Made by a program: the position numbers and the translations under genes
The notes under the pieces: model-generated
Seen by the model: the letters and a program-made list of their open reading frames with translations, nothing else
The model's database searches: none
Told to the model about the DNA's origin: nothing
In this document: positions 25,591-38,059 of the stretch, piece after piece
Layout: every line of letters starts with the position of its first letter
Numbering within the stretch: position 1 is the stretch's first letter
Source of the DNA: Camelus ferus
Lineage: Eukaryota
Direction of reading: 5' to 3'
Length of the DNA stretch: 64,000 nt
NCBI RefSeq assembly: GCF_009834535.1
Contig: NC_045697.1
Coordinates: 9,922,001 to 9,986,000 of the forward strand

Positions 25591-26407
25591 TTTGTTCTCT
25601 AATGTAGCGAGAACTGGACTAAAGGATCCCTTGCTTATCACTAGATTTCCTCAAGGAAAACGCTTCTCTCCACAAAATTAGAATTCTCTTCTATAGAATG
25701 TAATGTCATGTCAGTCCAAACAACTTTGAGAATTTCTCAAATTTTAGGGCAAGACATGGGAAGACTTCAGTTTTTAAAGAACAAGTTCATGAGCTCCATG
25801 GTGGGGGGCAGGGCTATTTCCCCAGCCCTCTGCAAGGTGATTCCAGTCAACAGTACCATCTGAGTGCTCTCAGAAGAAGAGCAAATTCACTTCTCCTAGT
25901 GCTTCCTTCTTCCAAAGAAATATAAACCTATTGGGTTGGTCATTATTTCATTCCATTTTGTTTGATCAAAGGGAACAGGGAATCCTCTGAGAATCCTCTC
26001 TTAGGTGGAAGGGCCAGCTGGGTGCTGCCCGCCATCCACCCCTGCACAGCGACCCCTGACTCTGTCCTGATTGGCAGCTGCAGGGCTTTCTGTGTTGATC
26101 TGCTGGTTTTGCAGGACAGCCCCAGTGGGATGACAAGCAATGAGGGAGCACATGTCCCAGGAAGAGGCTTAGGATTTTAAACTCCAGGTCCTGTTTTTCA
26201 GCTTCTCAGATCTAAGTTCCCTATGTGTTAGGGTGATGGGGGTGGGGGCAGTGAGACGGGTCGGAGACAAGTTACGTGTTGACGAGTGCCCCACTCTCAA
26301 AGCCTGGACCTTTTGTCAGGGACTTGCCTGCAGCTGTAGCCTGTCTTTCGAAACTGCCTCAGGACTCTGTGAAGAAACATAAGAAGACATGTGATTCTTC
26401 TCTCCTT

Positions 26408-26562
26408 CTATTTTTTATTTATTTTATTTTATTTATTGAAGTACAGTCAATTACAATGTGTCAATCTCTGGTGTACAGCACAATGCCCCAGTCATTACAG
26501 CACAATATCCCAGTCATGTGTGTACATACGTATATTCATTTTCAGTTTTTTTTCCACTAAAG
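26408..26562 (-). mobile_element. Young 5'-truncated L1 3' end (about 155 bp) with a 17-bp TSD
   Basis: Reverse complement of the L1 terminus at 37350-37450; TSD gtgattcttctctcctt at 26391-26407 and 26563-26579, followed by a TTTT/AA endonuclease site. Confidence 0.9.
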
Positions 26563-26831
26563 GTGATTCTTCTCTCCTTTTAAATTTCAAATGTGGCAGG
26601 GTTATAAACTTTGTGGGAGAGACAAGAAATGCCCCCAAATTAACAACCCTCCATTCATGGGGCACTCACTATGAGCTGGCTATTAGGTGAGCACTGAGGA
26701 AATATCAGTGAAGAGACACAGTTCTTGCCTTCCTCAAGCTCCCTGCCCAGGGAGAGAGAGAGCGAGACAAGAACACTGCTGAATTATCAGTCATTTAGAA
26801 GTACTGCAGAAAAAAATAATAAAATAAATTA

Positions 26832-26958
26832 GGAGGGAGGGTGTAGCTCAAGTGGCAGAGCACATGCTCAGCATGCACAAGGTCCTGGGTTCAATCCCCA
26901 GCACCTCCTCTAAAAGTGAATAATAAATCTAATTACCAACCCCAACAAAAAAAAAAAA
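26832..26958 (+). mobile_element. tRNA-Ala-derived SINE (Vic-1-like)
   Basis: GGGAGGGTGTAGCTCAAGTGGCAGAGCACATGCTCAGCATGCACAAGGTCCTGGGTTCAATCCCCAGCACCTCC with A and B boxes, 'ctaattacc' tail and poly(A). Confidence 0.9.
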
Positions 26959-27059
26959 GTGAAATAAAATCACCATCATCATCATCATCATCACAGAATT
27001 ATTGCAGAGATCTAGGCAAAAATGCGGGTACGCCCCAGTCAAGCAGCCCAGTGAACTGT

Positions 27060-27348
27060 GAGCCACCCCACTCCCTCCCCCACCTCGCCTCACTTTTGCT
27101 ACATTTGTCTCTTATTTGTTGCTTCCAACTGCTAAGCACTTTTCCAACTCAAGGCCTTTGCATTTGCTCTGGCCTCTGCCTGCAAATACTCTCCCTCCAG
27201 CTTTTAGAAAGTCTGCCCCATTTTTGTCCTTTAGCTCTTGGCTTAAATTTGTTTCCTCCTCAAAGAGACCTTCTTTGGGGTCTCCTCAGACTGAGAAACC
27301 ATGCATTTTACTTTTACCATTTTATTTCTTATCTAGTAGCTTTTAACA
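27060..27348 (+). mobile_element. L2 fragment
   Basis: 'ctcaaggcctttgcatttgctctggcctctgcctgcaaatactctccc...tttgtttcctcctcaaagagaccttct'. Confidence 0.75.
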
Positions 27349-27349
27349 C

Positions 27350-27758
27350 TGTCAGAGAAAAATAAGGCCAGACTCTTGTTAAAGACAACAAGACAGATTT
27401 TGCTAAGGTGAGTGCAGGAAGGGAGAGAGACTGCAGCATAGACTGAGCTCAGCTCCAGCTAAGACACAGATGACTGGGGTTTTAAAAGGAGAACAGAGAA
27501 GTAACAAGAGAGGATTACAGGGAAGCATAAAAGGAGGAATAAAGAGAGTAGGGGGCTACAAGGTAATGAAAAATTACAGGAGGGGAGTAAGTGGAGAATT
27601 ATGGAAAATGGTTTAGCAGTGTGGCCTGGGACAAGCTACATTTTGCCTTTTGGCAGCATCGTGTTTTCTTGAGCAGAGACCCAGCCCAGGGGTCACCTGC
27701 AAGGACAAAGCCTAGTGCAGGCAGAAACCAGGCTAAAATTAGGTCAAATCTCTTAGCA
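27350..27758 (-). mobile_element. ERV-class solo LTR (MER31/MER67-like, family uncertain)
   Basis: Starts TGTCAGAGAAAAATAAGGCCAGAC and ends TCTCTTAGCA; contains 'agactgagctcagctcc' and interrupts an L2. Confidence 0.6.
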
Positions 27759-27799
27759 CGGTGTTCAGGCAAGTCCTTTGTGCCATGTGGGTTCGTGGT

Positions 27800-29700
27800 T
27801 CCCAACTCACACATTTATGCTTATGTATTTTTCTTTAATCAATATCTGGAGTTAATTGGTATCTATAGCTTCTTCCCAAATAGGACAGAAGCTAATCGAA
27901 TTTTAAATTGCCACATTTTCTTGATTTGCTTTCAGTTATCACATCGGAGATTTAATGATCAGCTATTGGAACAATCAAAACATTTGTGTTCTTTGTAACA
28001 TATTTCACTGCTTTTCTTTTCTCTTTTCTTTTTTCACCCCATATTGTCCTCTTAGATTTATTTTGGTTTGTTTTGCCAAGTGGAACTTCTAGTAATTGTT
28101 TCAGTTAGAGTTTAAAGATAGTAAAACATCCGAGTCTCTGAAATGTGGCTTTTTTGTCCTCTTGCTTGAGCTGAAGAACAGTTTGGCTAGGTGTAGAATG
28201 ATGGTATTGTTATATTTTCTTCTTGCATCTAATGTCGTGAAGAAGACTTAACGCCAACATGATCCTTACTCTCTTGTAGAGGAGATTTTCCCCCTCTTTG
28301 TGTTTAAGTTTCTTGGTTTTGCTCTTTATTTTTGGTGGTATAAAATTTTTCTACAATATTCCTGGATGTGGATCATCTTATATTCCTCCTGCCCAATATC
28401 TAGTTCTTCTTTTCAGTCTAACTCATGTCTTCCTCAAATTGCATATGCTTCTTTTATAATTTTTTGACTCTTTCCATCTATTCTCTGTGTTCTTTTCTTC
28501 CAGAACCCTTCTTAGAACTTCTGATTTATTCTAATTCATAATTGTTCTTTAATGTATTCATTTTTGCCTTCCGAGAAAATGTCTCAATGATCCTCCAGCT
28601 ATAAGTTCTCTATGTGCTCCTATGCGTTTTGCTATCCAGTACATCTGCTAATTTCTCCTTTTATTTCAACAACTTTCTATAACCTAGATCTCTAGTTGAG
28701 TCTCTATTTGAATGCAACACGCTTTCTTGTCTCTCTGTATTTGCTATATTAATTTGATTCCCTTAGTTTTCAGAACCAGGGTTGGTTGAGTTTGCTGGCT
28801 CTTTTTATTAGATTGACTTTCTTAAATGTTGCATGCACCTTGGTTTTATGCTCATCTTTGTAGCTTTGATTTTCTGTTTGCCTGTTGGAGAGCGGATTAT
28901 TCTGCCTGTTGCCATGATGGTAAAGCGAAGGTGGAGGCACTGCTGGCTGGGATGGTCAGTAGCCAGTCTTCTAGTCATGGAGAAGCTTTATTTCCCTTAA
29001 GTAGCACCAGCCACCCAGGGGACTGTTCTGCTTCTAGGTCCAATGCCTCCACTTACTGCTTCTACCAAGGGACAGACCCTTCTGCTACTGCTCCCATAAG
29101 TGTGGTGTGCATGGCAGTGGTGACAGGGTGGGGGGAGGCCATCTGGACTCTGCTACCATGATACTGTAGAAGCCACCTTGACCACCAAGAGCTCCCTAGG
29201 GCTCCCTCCTCCTCCAGCATCCAATCCTCAGCTTTTAGACACAGTTTCTGAAGCCACCCCCAACTAGGAGCAGGCCCCCCGGGTGTGTTTAGGGCCACAG
29301 CTTCATCAATTATTCATATCCCATCTGCCTCAAGCCTTTCAGGAATTCTTTACAATTTCTGCTCTCTGGAGCTCTGTAGAGCTGTTGTTTCACAGCTCTG
29401 TTATGGATAATTTTATTCTATATATTTGTAGTAAAAAAAAAAAAGGGCATTGTAGCGTATGCTCAGTTTATCATCTTAATAACATCTTCTGTATTTAATT
29501 TGCAAATTTGTTTCTGATTAACAGCTGTACAAGAACTATAAGCATAAGGGTATGTATGAAATTTGTTTGTACACATTTAAGTAATATCATAATTAAAATA
29601 ATTGAACAACACAGGGAAATCACTCTGTTTTAAAATATTATTGGAAATGCTATCTATATGCTATCCCTGTCTGAGAAATACTATTCTGGGTTGTTTAACG
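27800..29700 (-). mobile_element. Old antisense L1 fragments (L1ME/HAL1-like)
   Basis: T-rich; 'gaagaacagtttggctaggtgtagaat' and 'tcttcttgcatctaatgt'. Confidence 0.6.
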
Positions 29701-29949
29701 TGAACTTACTTCATCTAGACTTGGTTCAAAAATTACAGAGGGAAAGACTGACTATAATACTTCCCCTGCCTCAGTCACAAAGCCCTAACAAGAGAAGCAA
29801 GCCGAGTGCTAGTACCCTCTGCAATGACCCCTGCTTCAGGCAGTAGCAGTCTATTTTGGGCCTGCCAACCTGCTGGCCAAGCAGAACGGGGAGAAGGAAG
29901 GGAAATAAAGCTGAGGTGTAAATGACAGGCTTGTGCAATATTTTTAGCA

Positions 29950-30125
29950 TGCCAACTAATTTCAAACATATTACACTGACTTGTCCTGACAATAACCTGG
30001 GTGTTTTAACATTAGTGGATTGAGTATTATCTCCGTTTTACAGATGAGAAAAACAGAGGCTCAGGGAAGTCAGGTGACCTGCCCGAGGCCCCATAGGTAC
30101 TCCTGCCTGTGAAGCCAAAGCTCCT
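29950..30125 (-). mobile_element. MIR SINE
   Basis: 'tattatctccgttttacagatgagaaaaacagaggctcagggaagtcaggtgacctgcccgagg'. Confidence 0.8.
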
Positions 30126-31179
30126 TCCAAGGCGTACCAGGCAGCACCCCAGGAGGCACAGATGGCAGGCTAGACTCAGGGTGATGGAAGGAGGGTCTCA
30201 CAAAGGTGTGGCGGAGAGCAGAGAAGTGACAAGTGCAGACCCCCCAGGGGAGTGAGAGGGGAGCAGTCACCACCACCAGGCTCGCTGGAACAAGAGGAGA
30301 TGGTTACTGCATGGACTCCCCAACTTTCATCAGAATGGGATAGCTGTGTGGTGGCTTATAGCTGTTGTGTTGTGGCCTCTGAGGCACAGGGAACAGTGTA
30401 TGCAAATCTACAGTGAGGACCGAACCATCGCAGGGAATCAAAACAAGGGATCGTTATGCTGAGAAGAGAAGATGCGGTGAAAGATGAAAGGTGGAGAGTG
30501 ACGGGGAGCAGGTCCTGAATTTCTTCAGTAAACCTACTTGGGTCTGCCTTCAAAGAGAATGAGTCATGTGGGAAACTAGGTCAGAACAGTTTCTGATGAA
30601 GGCGAGGATTAATGGCGATCTGTGTGTTATTGTTCTCGTAAAGAAAATTTTTAATAGTATGACTGTCTTCCTGTAGGTCTGAAGCATGTTCCCAACTTGG
30701 TCTCTTGTTTAATTACCTGTCGAAGACACGAGCACCAACATGATTGCTGCCTCCACCTTGTTTGTGACTCACGGTGGGAATTCTGAGTAACAGGTCCTCG
30801 TCCTTTCCAAGATTACCTCACCTAAGATTAGGTTTTGGGAGAGACACACTGAAAATAGTCAGTGCCACCAACACCTTAGTTAGCTATATCTTCTCTCTTT
30901 TTGGTCACATTTTCTCTCTTTCTTCTTCCCCTATTTTTTTTTCCTTCCAATCCTACTTAGGGCCTCCTGAAAAGCCCTGATTTGTCCTTTCTATGTGACT
31001 CTGAAAAGAATGAAGATTTCCTACTGTTTATGCTCAGCTGAGATTCAAACTCAACAAACTTTCATTGAGCACCTCCCGTGTGCTAATTTTTTTTTTTTTT
31101 TGTAACTGCTCTGTCACTTCCATTTCAGATGAGGAAACTGACTTTCAGCAATATGAAGTGTTTGTTCAAGGTCCACCTT

Positions 31180-31581
31180 CTTCTCTTCCTGACTGGACTA
31201 CTCCTCTCTGCCCGCTCGCATCTAGGTGGGCTCACGTGACATTCTCACCAGTTGGATGTAGTGGATGCTGCATTTAACCCCTTCCAGCCAGAAGAGGTTA
31301 GAAGTGCACCAGCCATCTCTACGCGCTTGCTTTTCCTTCATCACTTGGCAGGATTCGGTGGAGGACTCTGGAGCTTGTGGAGAAGGCAAAGACATCCATG
31401 AAGGGAGGACACTGATGCCTGAATGACTGTGTGGAGCAGAGAACCCCCAAATTTACCCTGCCTCCCTGACCCACCACTGACCTGCATTGGACTGTCACAT
31501 GAGCCAGGAATCAGATTTTATTGTTTTATGCCTCTCAGATTTGGGGATTGTTTGCTATAACAATTAGCTAACACTAATACA
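31180..31581 (+). mobile_element. Old MaLR LTR (MLT1I/J type)
   Basis: 'tgcctgaatgactgtgtggagcaga...ggactgtcacatgagcc...ttggggattgtttgctataaca...ctaataca'. Confidence 0.75.
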
Positions 31582-31819
31582 AAACTGGGGCAAGATTTGT
31601 GACAATCAACTTAATATCTGGAGACCACCTTCTGTGAAAATATGCCATCAGTGCAATTCATAGTATTATATAATAAATTCCAAATGAGTGGCACAGACAG
31701 TGATTAGTGCTTGAAGGGCTGGCTGCCCACCAGATTCCCAGAGCAGGTAAGTTTTGAAGGCTGGGTAGAACTTGAATGGTGCCCTCAACTACGCACAAGG
31801 CAAAAGTTTCTGTAGGGGC

Positions 31820-32030
31820 CAAGATCCTGCCTCTGGAACCAAAGATACCAGGTTCAATTCTAGATTTATTCTTTACAAATGAATGAACGTGTGGGTTCTG
31901 AGCCTCAGTTTTGCCATCTGTAAGTAGGGCAAATAATACCTTTCTTCTAAGGTTATTGGTTATTATGAAGATTAACTGAAATAATGCATACTAAGTAGAT
32001 GCAATAATCATCGGTAAATGATTATCAATG
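31820..32030 (+). mobile_element. MIR SINE
   Basis: 'ctgagcctcagttttgccatctgtaagtagggcaaataatacct...gaagattaactgaaataatgcat'. Confidence 0.8.
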
Positions 32031-32749
32031 TTACAAATATAAGGAGAACTTTAGTTTCTCACTGGCTTAGACACAACTAAGTTAAGTAGTTACCTTGACC
32101 ATAAGTATTTTTAATTCTGCTACTGGACTGTGACATAGATGAACCTACTTCAGTTTATGTTTTTGTTTTCTCTAGGAATAATAAAATCTGAATCTAATGT
32201 TTACCACGTAAGAGATTCCACAGACTTTGGGCCTTTTTTAATTCCAGCTTCTTACTTTGGATCAAAAGTTTATTTCATTCAAAAAACCATCCTCCCAAGA
32301 GTGGGCCCAGACAAGAATGCAGTTGTCTTTTTGTAGCATGGACATTGTTATGCAAATTAGTGTTTTTATTCTCTCATTTAGGTTTGTAAGATGTTAAGGT
32401 GTCAGAGCCATCCTATCATTTCACATTTACAGAGGAGGAAACTGATGCCCAAATGTTAGTGTGTCACAGGGGTTCACAGGCATGTTTTTTCCGATCTCCC
32501 CCATGCCTTAGGCACTTTACTAACTTAAAGAGTTATATCTGACCCACAAAGTTTGATAGAACCTCCATGAATCAAATTGCATGGGGAATGAGATGTTATG
32601 GCCAATCAAATTTTCTGATTTAGTGAATTAATGTCATAAAAACACACACACATATACACACATATGTGTATGTATAAATACATATTTTTCCTCCTAAAAT
32701 ACATTAGTTCCTCTTTCCTGACGTGGGACAGTCTGACAAGCAGAATCAA

Positions 32750-33217
32750 GTGTCCCTTTCGTTAGCAGTGAAGGGAAGCCAGGGATCATTTAGTCCATTT
32801 TTTTTGTTATTTTTCTTTTTGGGTGCATCAGCTAACTTCACCAGTTGACCTTGTAGACGATGAGTTTGGTCATGTGACTGAGTTCTAGACAGTAGAATGC
32901 CAGTGGACAAGATCTTGCCATTTCTTGGCCTGGTTCGTGAATACTTCCCTCTTGTTTCCTCCATGCATGTTTCCCTTTTCAGCCGGCTAGAATGGAGAGG
33001 ACTCCCAGAGCGACCAGGAAGCCATGAACTGAAGATAATGAAACCATCAACTGAAGGAGCCTGGGCCCTTGAATCACTGTATGGAGGAGAGCCGCCTACC
33101 GGTAAATCATTCTTGCTTTGATCTGTGAATAATGAGGAGTAACTTCCTATTTTGTTTGATCCATTGTACATCTTAGGTTTGTTTGCTAAAGCAGCTAGAG
33201 TTTTCCTAATTAATGCC
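32750..33217 (+). mobile_element. Old MaLR LTR (MLT1J/K type)
   Basis: 'ggtcatgtgactgagttctag...gaaggagcctgggccct...gtttgtttgctaaagcagctag'. Confidence 0.7.
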
Positions 33218-33229
33218 TAGCTTGATAAT

Positions 33230-33700
33230 GGCAGAGCCAGAAGTACCTACTGTGGATGAGGCACTACGCTTGTGTGAAAATAGGAATATGAATTAAAACA
33301 GTTTGGGACCTTGAGAACCTTCAAGGCTAATAGGATCCCAATATATAGACAAAAATGGTGTCATGCAAAATAGAAACTGAAAACAGTGTCTGCGGAGAAG
33401 AACTATGAAAGGACATAGGAATTAAGAGGACAAATCACTTGTGTCATTGTGTCATGAGGGCTGAATTTCAGGAGGAGGATAAGGTCTTTGGACTGGGAGG
33501 ATGTGTAACGTGCGGAGATGGAATCACCAGGAAACGAAGCAACGGAAACAAAAAAGACCTGGCAGAGTGAGTTGTTCAGTGGGATGGAGACGAGGTCCAT
33601 GAACAAAAGAAATGATAAGATGGGGCTTCATGGTGAAAGACATTAAATGTCAGGTTAGTGACTTTGAGAGTCATTTACGAGCTTGGCTAAGGGCTGTCAT
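33230..33700 (-). mobile_element. L2 fragment
   Basis: Purine-rich antisense L2: 'ggggcttcatggtgaaagacattaaatgtcaggtt'. Confidence 0.5.
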
Positions 33701-34659
33701 CAACACCTGTTGGTTGAAACATGTTGAAATTAAGCCGCAGACTGTGCCCTCGGAGTCTGATGACGGCCACAGGGCTGATTTATCTCACCCTCTGGAGCTC
33801 GGACCACAGAGAGTTTTCATTCTGAGAGCTGGTCTCCTAGGACTGAGGTACGCAGAGGAGATTAGAGCCGCCTGGGGGAGCTGGAGTTGGGGAGGGAGGA
33901 GGAAAGACAAAGCATCCACCCTGGCAGGGTTCCAGGCTCTGAACAAGGTTGAAGATAAAATGATCTGATGGGCCTTTCGATTCTGTTCCATTTAGGCCTT
34001 TCTCAGGGGAGGGATGTAGACAGTCTTTGCTCCCTAGAAGTACATGTATATGGAAATAACAAGGTTGTGCTGGATGTCATGGTGGTGAAGGCCGCGCTGG
34101 GAAAATGATGTGCTTTGCAATTAGGTCACTTAGAAAAAAAAAAAAAATCCTGCAAAGTTAAAGCTGAAATGAAGCTAGCAATTTAGGTACTTTTCACAGC
34201 CTGACTTCTGGGTTCTTGTTCTATCTGATATCTAGGAAAGGCACTTTCTGGGTACAGATCTCTTTAAAGTTTGTTTGAGTATCTCTTTCATTTTTTTTAA
34301 ATTTAGTACACACGTAGATCTCAAGCTTTAAGTATCCTTTTGATCACTGTAGCTAGAAGCAAAAAAGCCATCCAGCTGTTCAGTCTGTTTGTACCAAATT
34401 GGGTCTCTTCTGAACATTACGATTCTCATCCACAAGGGTCCCCAAGTTGACTGAAGGGTCAAGCAGAAAAGAGATAGTGACAACTCTGAATTATCCCTTA
34501 AAAAAAAAAAGAAAAGATTAACCAGTTTGGTATCAGATCCTTCTTGGCTGAGGAAACACTACCCCTTGCCCCCCAGGTCATGTTAATTTTCCTACAGGGA
34601 TTTCCATCCATCAGGGAACAGCCACTGACAGCGCATCATGTTTATATAAAGAAGAGAAA

Positions 34660-34890
34660 GGAAGAGAACAGAGCTAACATTTATTTAGTATATTCTACCG
34701 ACCACATGCTTTTCATTCTTTATTTAACCATCAAAACAACCCAATAATACAGGAACCCTATCTCCCAACTTCTATGAAATAGGAAACCAAAGTTTGGTTA
34801 ATTTAAGGGACTTATCCAAGGTCACATAGCTGTAAAGGATAGAGATAAAAGCAAGCTTGTCCTGCCTTGAGAATTCATGCCATTAAGTTG
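34660..34890 (-). mobile_element. MIR SINE
   Basis: 'agctaacatttatttag...ggacttatccaaggtcacatagct'. Confidence 0.7.
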
Positions 34891-35319
34891 CTATAACCAA
34901 ATATGCAGTCCAATTGTAGAGTTTTCAAGGAATATAGCCCAAGAAGACAAAATAGACCAGTTATACATAAGGGCTAAATAACACAGTATCAATCTCACCC
35001 ACAAATATCAAATAAAATTAACATAATGTAATAACCAAGTGAGATTATTTTAAGAATGTGTCCAGGATGTGGTGAGATTTGAGGAGATTTGAGCCTGCCC
35101 ATTTACAGACACTAATCATTTGTAAACATCATTACAATGTGAACATTACAATACAGAATATGGCAATATTTTGCTATGAAAGTTACTGCCATGCTCTCTG
35201 CTTAATGCATTTCTTTAAGAAGGTATTCTTTAGCACTCATTGCCTTTAGGCCTGAATAATCCTAATTAAATACAATTCTTGACAGATCTATGCACAAAGC
35301 TGCTCCTTCTTGGAGTCAC

Positions 35320-35750
35320 TCATGTATGAATTCATCAAACACTGTATACCTGCCAGGTTTTAGGATCAAGATACTAGAGCTTTATTTTCAAGAAACTTAG
35401 AGTCTTCTAGTCAGAAAAAAATAAATATACAGTTATAAAATAACACGGCAAGTGCTATGACAGAAATTCTGTATGAGATAAATGATCTGGACAGGGGAGC
35501 CCTATGTCACTAGGGACAAGCTTCATAGAAACGGTGACACCAGGAAAACCTGTGAAGGGTAAGGAGGAGATAGGTGGACAGGCTAGATGGAGTGTCACTG
35601 ATCAAGGCAAAGGTGCATTCAAAGAAAAATGGGAGATTGTGTGGTGTCTTGACTGATTGTGTAGGGTATTGGAGAGTGGCAGAAGGTGAAGCTGGACAAG
35701 TAAACCAGAGGTAGACCAGGAGGATGAGCTCTGAATGCCATGAGTCCACT
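35320..35750 (-). mobile_element. L2 3' fragment
   Basis: 'cactcatgtatgaattcatcaaacac...caagaaacttagagtc...aagtgctatgacaga...gcttcatagaaacggtgaca'. Confidence 0.65.
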
Positions 35751-37059
35751 AGACGCGCTTCTCACTATGTTTTACAGAAAGGCATCCATCCGGTGACAAA
35801 TGGAACATTTGCTTTCTTGTGCAGAGTACTTTCTCTCTACTCACCTCACCTCCATTTGGGCTCCTTCTGACACGGATCATGACCAGAGAATCAGATCTTT
35901 ACTTGCTCAGCCATCTGTCATGTGGTTTGGCAAGTGAGGGCCTCTGGTCCCCACCTCACAGAACAGACACGACTGTGAAAGTTGGCTCGACTTCCTTTCT
36001 CCTCAGTCTTTCCTATTAAAGATATTTCATCAAAGGCTAAAAGAATGCAAGCATTTAGAACGTACTCTGTGATCTCCGAGGGTAGCGATATGCTGTGGGT
36101 GAGATACAGTGGCAGCTTGCTAAGGGGCCTTGGAACAATATCCTTTTTGGAACAAATTAGAAAAGCAGGTCATGGCCACCTTGCATGGTCCTGTCAGGAG
36201 ACAAGAATTAAGGCTGGACATATTGTCAAGGTCATTTCAGATCCTATTATCCTGCTTCTCTGATGATAATGATGATAAAAATAGCACTTTTTTGTGACTT
36301 ACACAATTTTCAGAGCTCATTCACCTATGAACTCCTCTGAGCAACTGATGGGGAAGGTAGAACTTGGAGGGCCAAGGGCACTCCCAGCCAGACCTCATGC
36401 TTAAATAACATTTTAAATGGGAGATGTGAGCGACTAAACAATGAATGCTCCATCCTTCTGTGTTTGATACACAGGATGGTTCCATGGAGAACAAAGCTGG
36501 CCCCCACACTCCTAAACGTGAAACTTACCAATAGTCTGAGCCTATCCTGTTATGCCTGTATATTCTAGCATTTATGTTTGTCTACCTAAACATTTAAAGC
36601 TATTTAAGTTTTCAGCTTGTTTCTACCAAGGAGAAAGGCATTTTAAAATTTGCCATTTCCCCCAATATACTTTAAATTTTCCTTTCATTTGTACTAAGCT
36701 TACCTTTTTATAAATGCAAGCAATCCTCCATAGTTAGTTGTGATAGTATTGTTAACAAAGAGAATGCGTTTGAGAGAAATATAGTAACTAGAGACAGAAA
36801 TGATCTAGGAGACTTGGAGAAATTTTCCAGGAAACAATGGACAGGACCAAGAACTAGAAATCATGCAATGTGTGTGAGCTATGGAGACAAGAAGGAAGAG
36901 GGCTTAGGTAGAGGTATCCTTTCCCAAAGTGTATTCTGTGGGACCCATTCTGCTACATGGTTCTCAGAAGAAAATTGAGCTTTTATGGTCAAATAAGTTG
37001 AATATATCATCTTTGAGGGTATGCATAGTAGCCCACCAGCAGCTATTTACCTACCTTTT

Positions 37060-37143
37060 TGATTGTATTTACAGCTATTTACATAGCATTTACATTGTAT
37101 TAGATATTAGAAGCAATCTAAAGATGATTTAAAGTAAGGGAGG
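37060..37143. mobile_element. Tigger3/Golem-like TcMar DNA transposon fragment
   Basis: 'ctatttacatagcatttacattgtattagatattagaagcaatctaaagatgatttaaagta'. Confidence 0.7.
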
Positions 37144-37461
37144 TGATATCATTTGGTATTTTTCTTTCTCTTTCTGGCTTACTTCACTTAGAATAACAAT
37201 CTCTATGTTTATCCATGTTGCTGCAAATGGCATTATTTTATTCTTTTTATGGCTGAGTAGTATTCCACACTGTAAATATACCACAACTTCTTTGTCCAGT
37301 CATCTGTCGATGGACATTTCAGATGCTTCCATGTCTTGGCTATTGGAAAACAAATATATGTATGTATATGCATGACTGGGACATTGTGCTGCACACCAGA
37401 AATTGACACATTGTAATTGACTGTACTTCAATAAAAAATAAATAAAATAAAAAATTTTTAA
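37144..37461 (+). mobile_element. 5'-inverted (twin-primed) L1 insertion
   Basis: 37144-37345 is antisense L1 (equivalent to 62743-62950); 37346-37461 is the sense L1 terminus with an A-rich tail; imperfect TSD aaagtaagggagg / aaagtatacaggagg. Confidence 0.85.
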
Positions 37462-37474
37462 AAAGTATACAGGA

Positions 37475-37566
37475 GGGCATTATGCTAAGTGAAATAAGTC
37501 AGACAGAGAAAGACAAATACTGTATGACATCACTTATGTGTGGAATCTAAAAAATACAACAAACTA
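37475..37566 (+). mobile_element. L1 ORF2-end/3' UTR fragment
   Basis: 'cattatgctaagtgaaataagtcagacagagaaagacaaatactgtatg...tggaatctaaaaaa'. Confidence 0.8.
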
Positions 37567-37685
37567 TCACATGTCCAGATTGAATTCTTGTCTTTGGGAG
37601 TCAGTGTAGTGTGATAGAAAACTTTGCAATTAGAACATTTTGGGTTTAACTGTGACACTAACTAACTATATTTAATTAAGTTTAC

Positions 37686-37860
37686 TAGGGGAAATAAAGG
37701 AGAACACCCAGTTAAATTTGCATTTCAGATAGTCTCCTTCTTAGTGTATGTCCCAAATATTTCATGGGACATACATGGGCTAAAAGTTTTTCACTGTTTG
37801 CCTGACATTCAAATTTACCTGGGGCTTTCTGTAATTTGTTAGCTCAATCTGACAACTTTA
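37686..37860. mobile_element. MER53 hAT-type MITE (palindromic) inside a MIR
   Basis: 'cccagttaaatttgcatttcagata...gtatgtcccaaatatttcatgggacatac...cattcaaatttacctggg...aatctgacaac'. Confidence 0.8.
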
Positions 37861-38059
37861 CATGTAAGTCACTTAACTCCTCTGATCCTCGATTTCCCTT
37901 CGGTGACCTGGTCTCCTACCCCTGGGACCGCAGGAGACACTCAGGGAGCATATGAGCATATGAGATAAGATAGTATCTTGAAAATATAAGCGTTAAGATG
38001 TTTTTTATATTTTCTTCCCTTTGTGAAACACGATCTAGACAAAAAGTCCCTTTATCAGA

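Noticed and set aside
26832..26910. Functional tRNA-Ala genes (also 5175-5253 and 55170-55246)
   Set aside because: They have A-rich tails, TSDs at two of the three copies, extra 5' bases and mutated stems or boxes, so they are SINEs
30130..30530. Possible ERVL (LTR33-like) LTR
   Set aside because: Only a vague resemblance, and I could not define the ends
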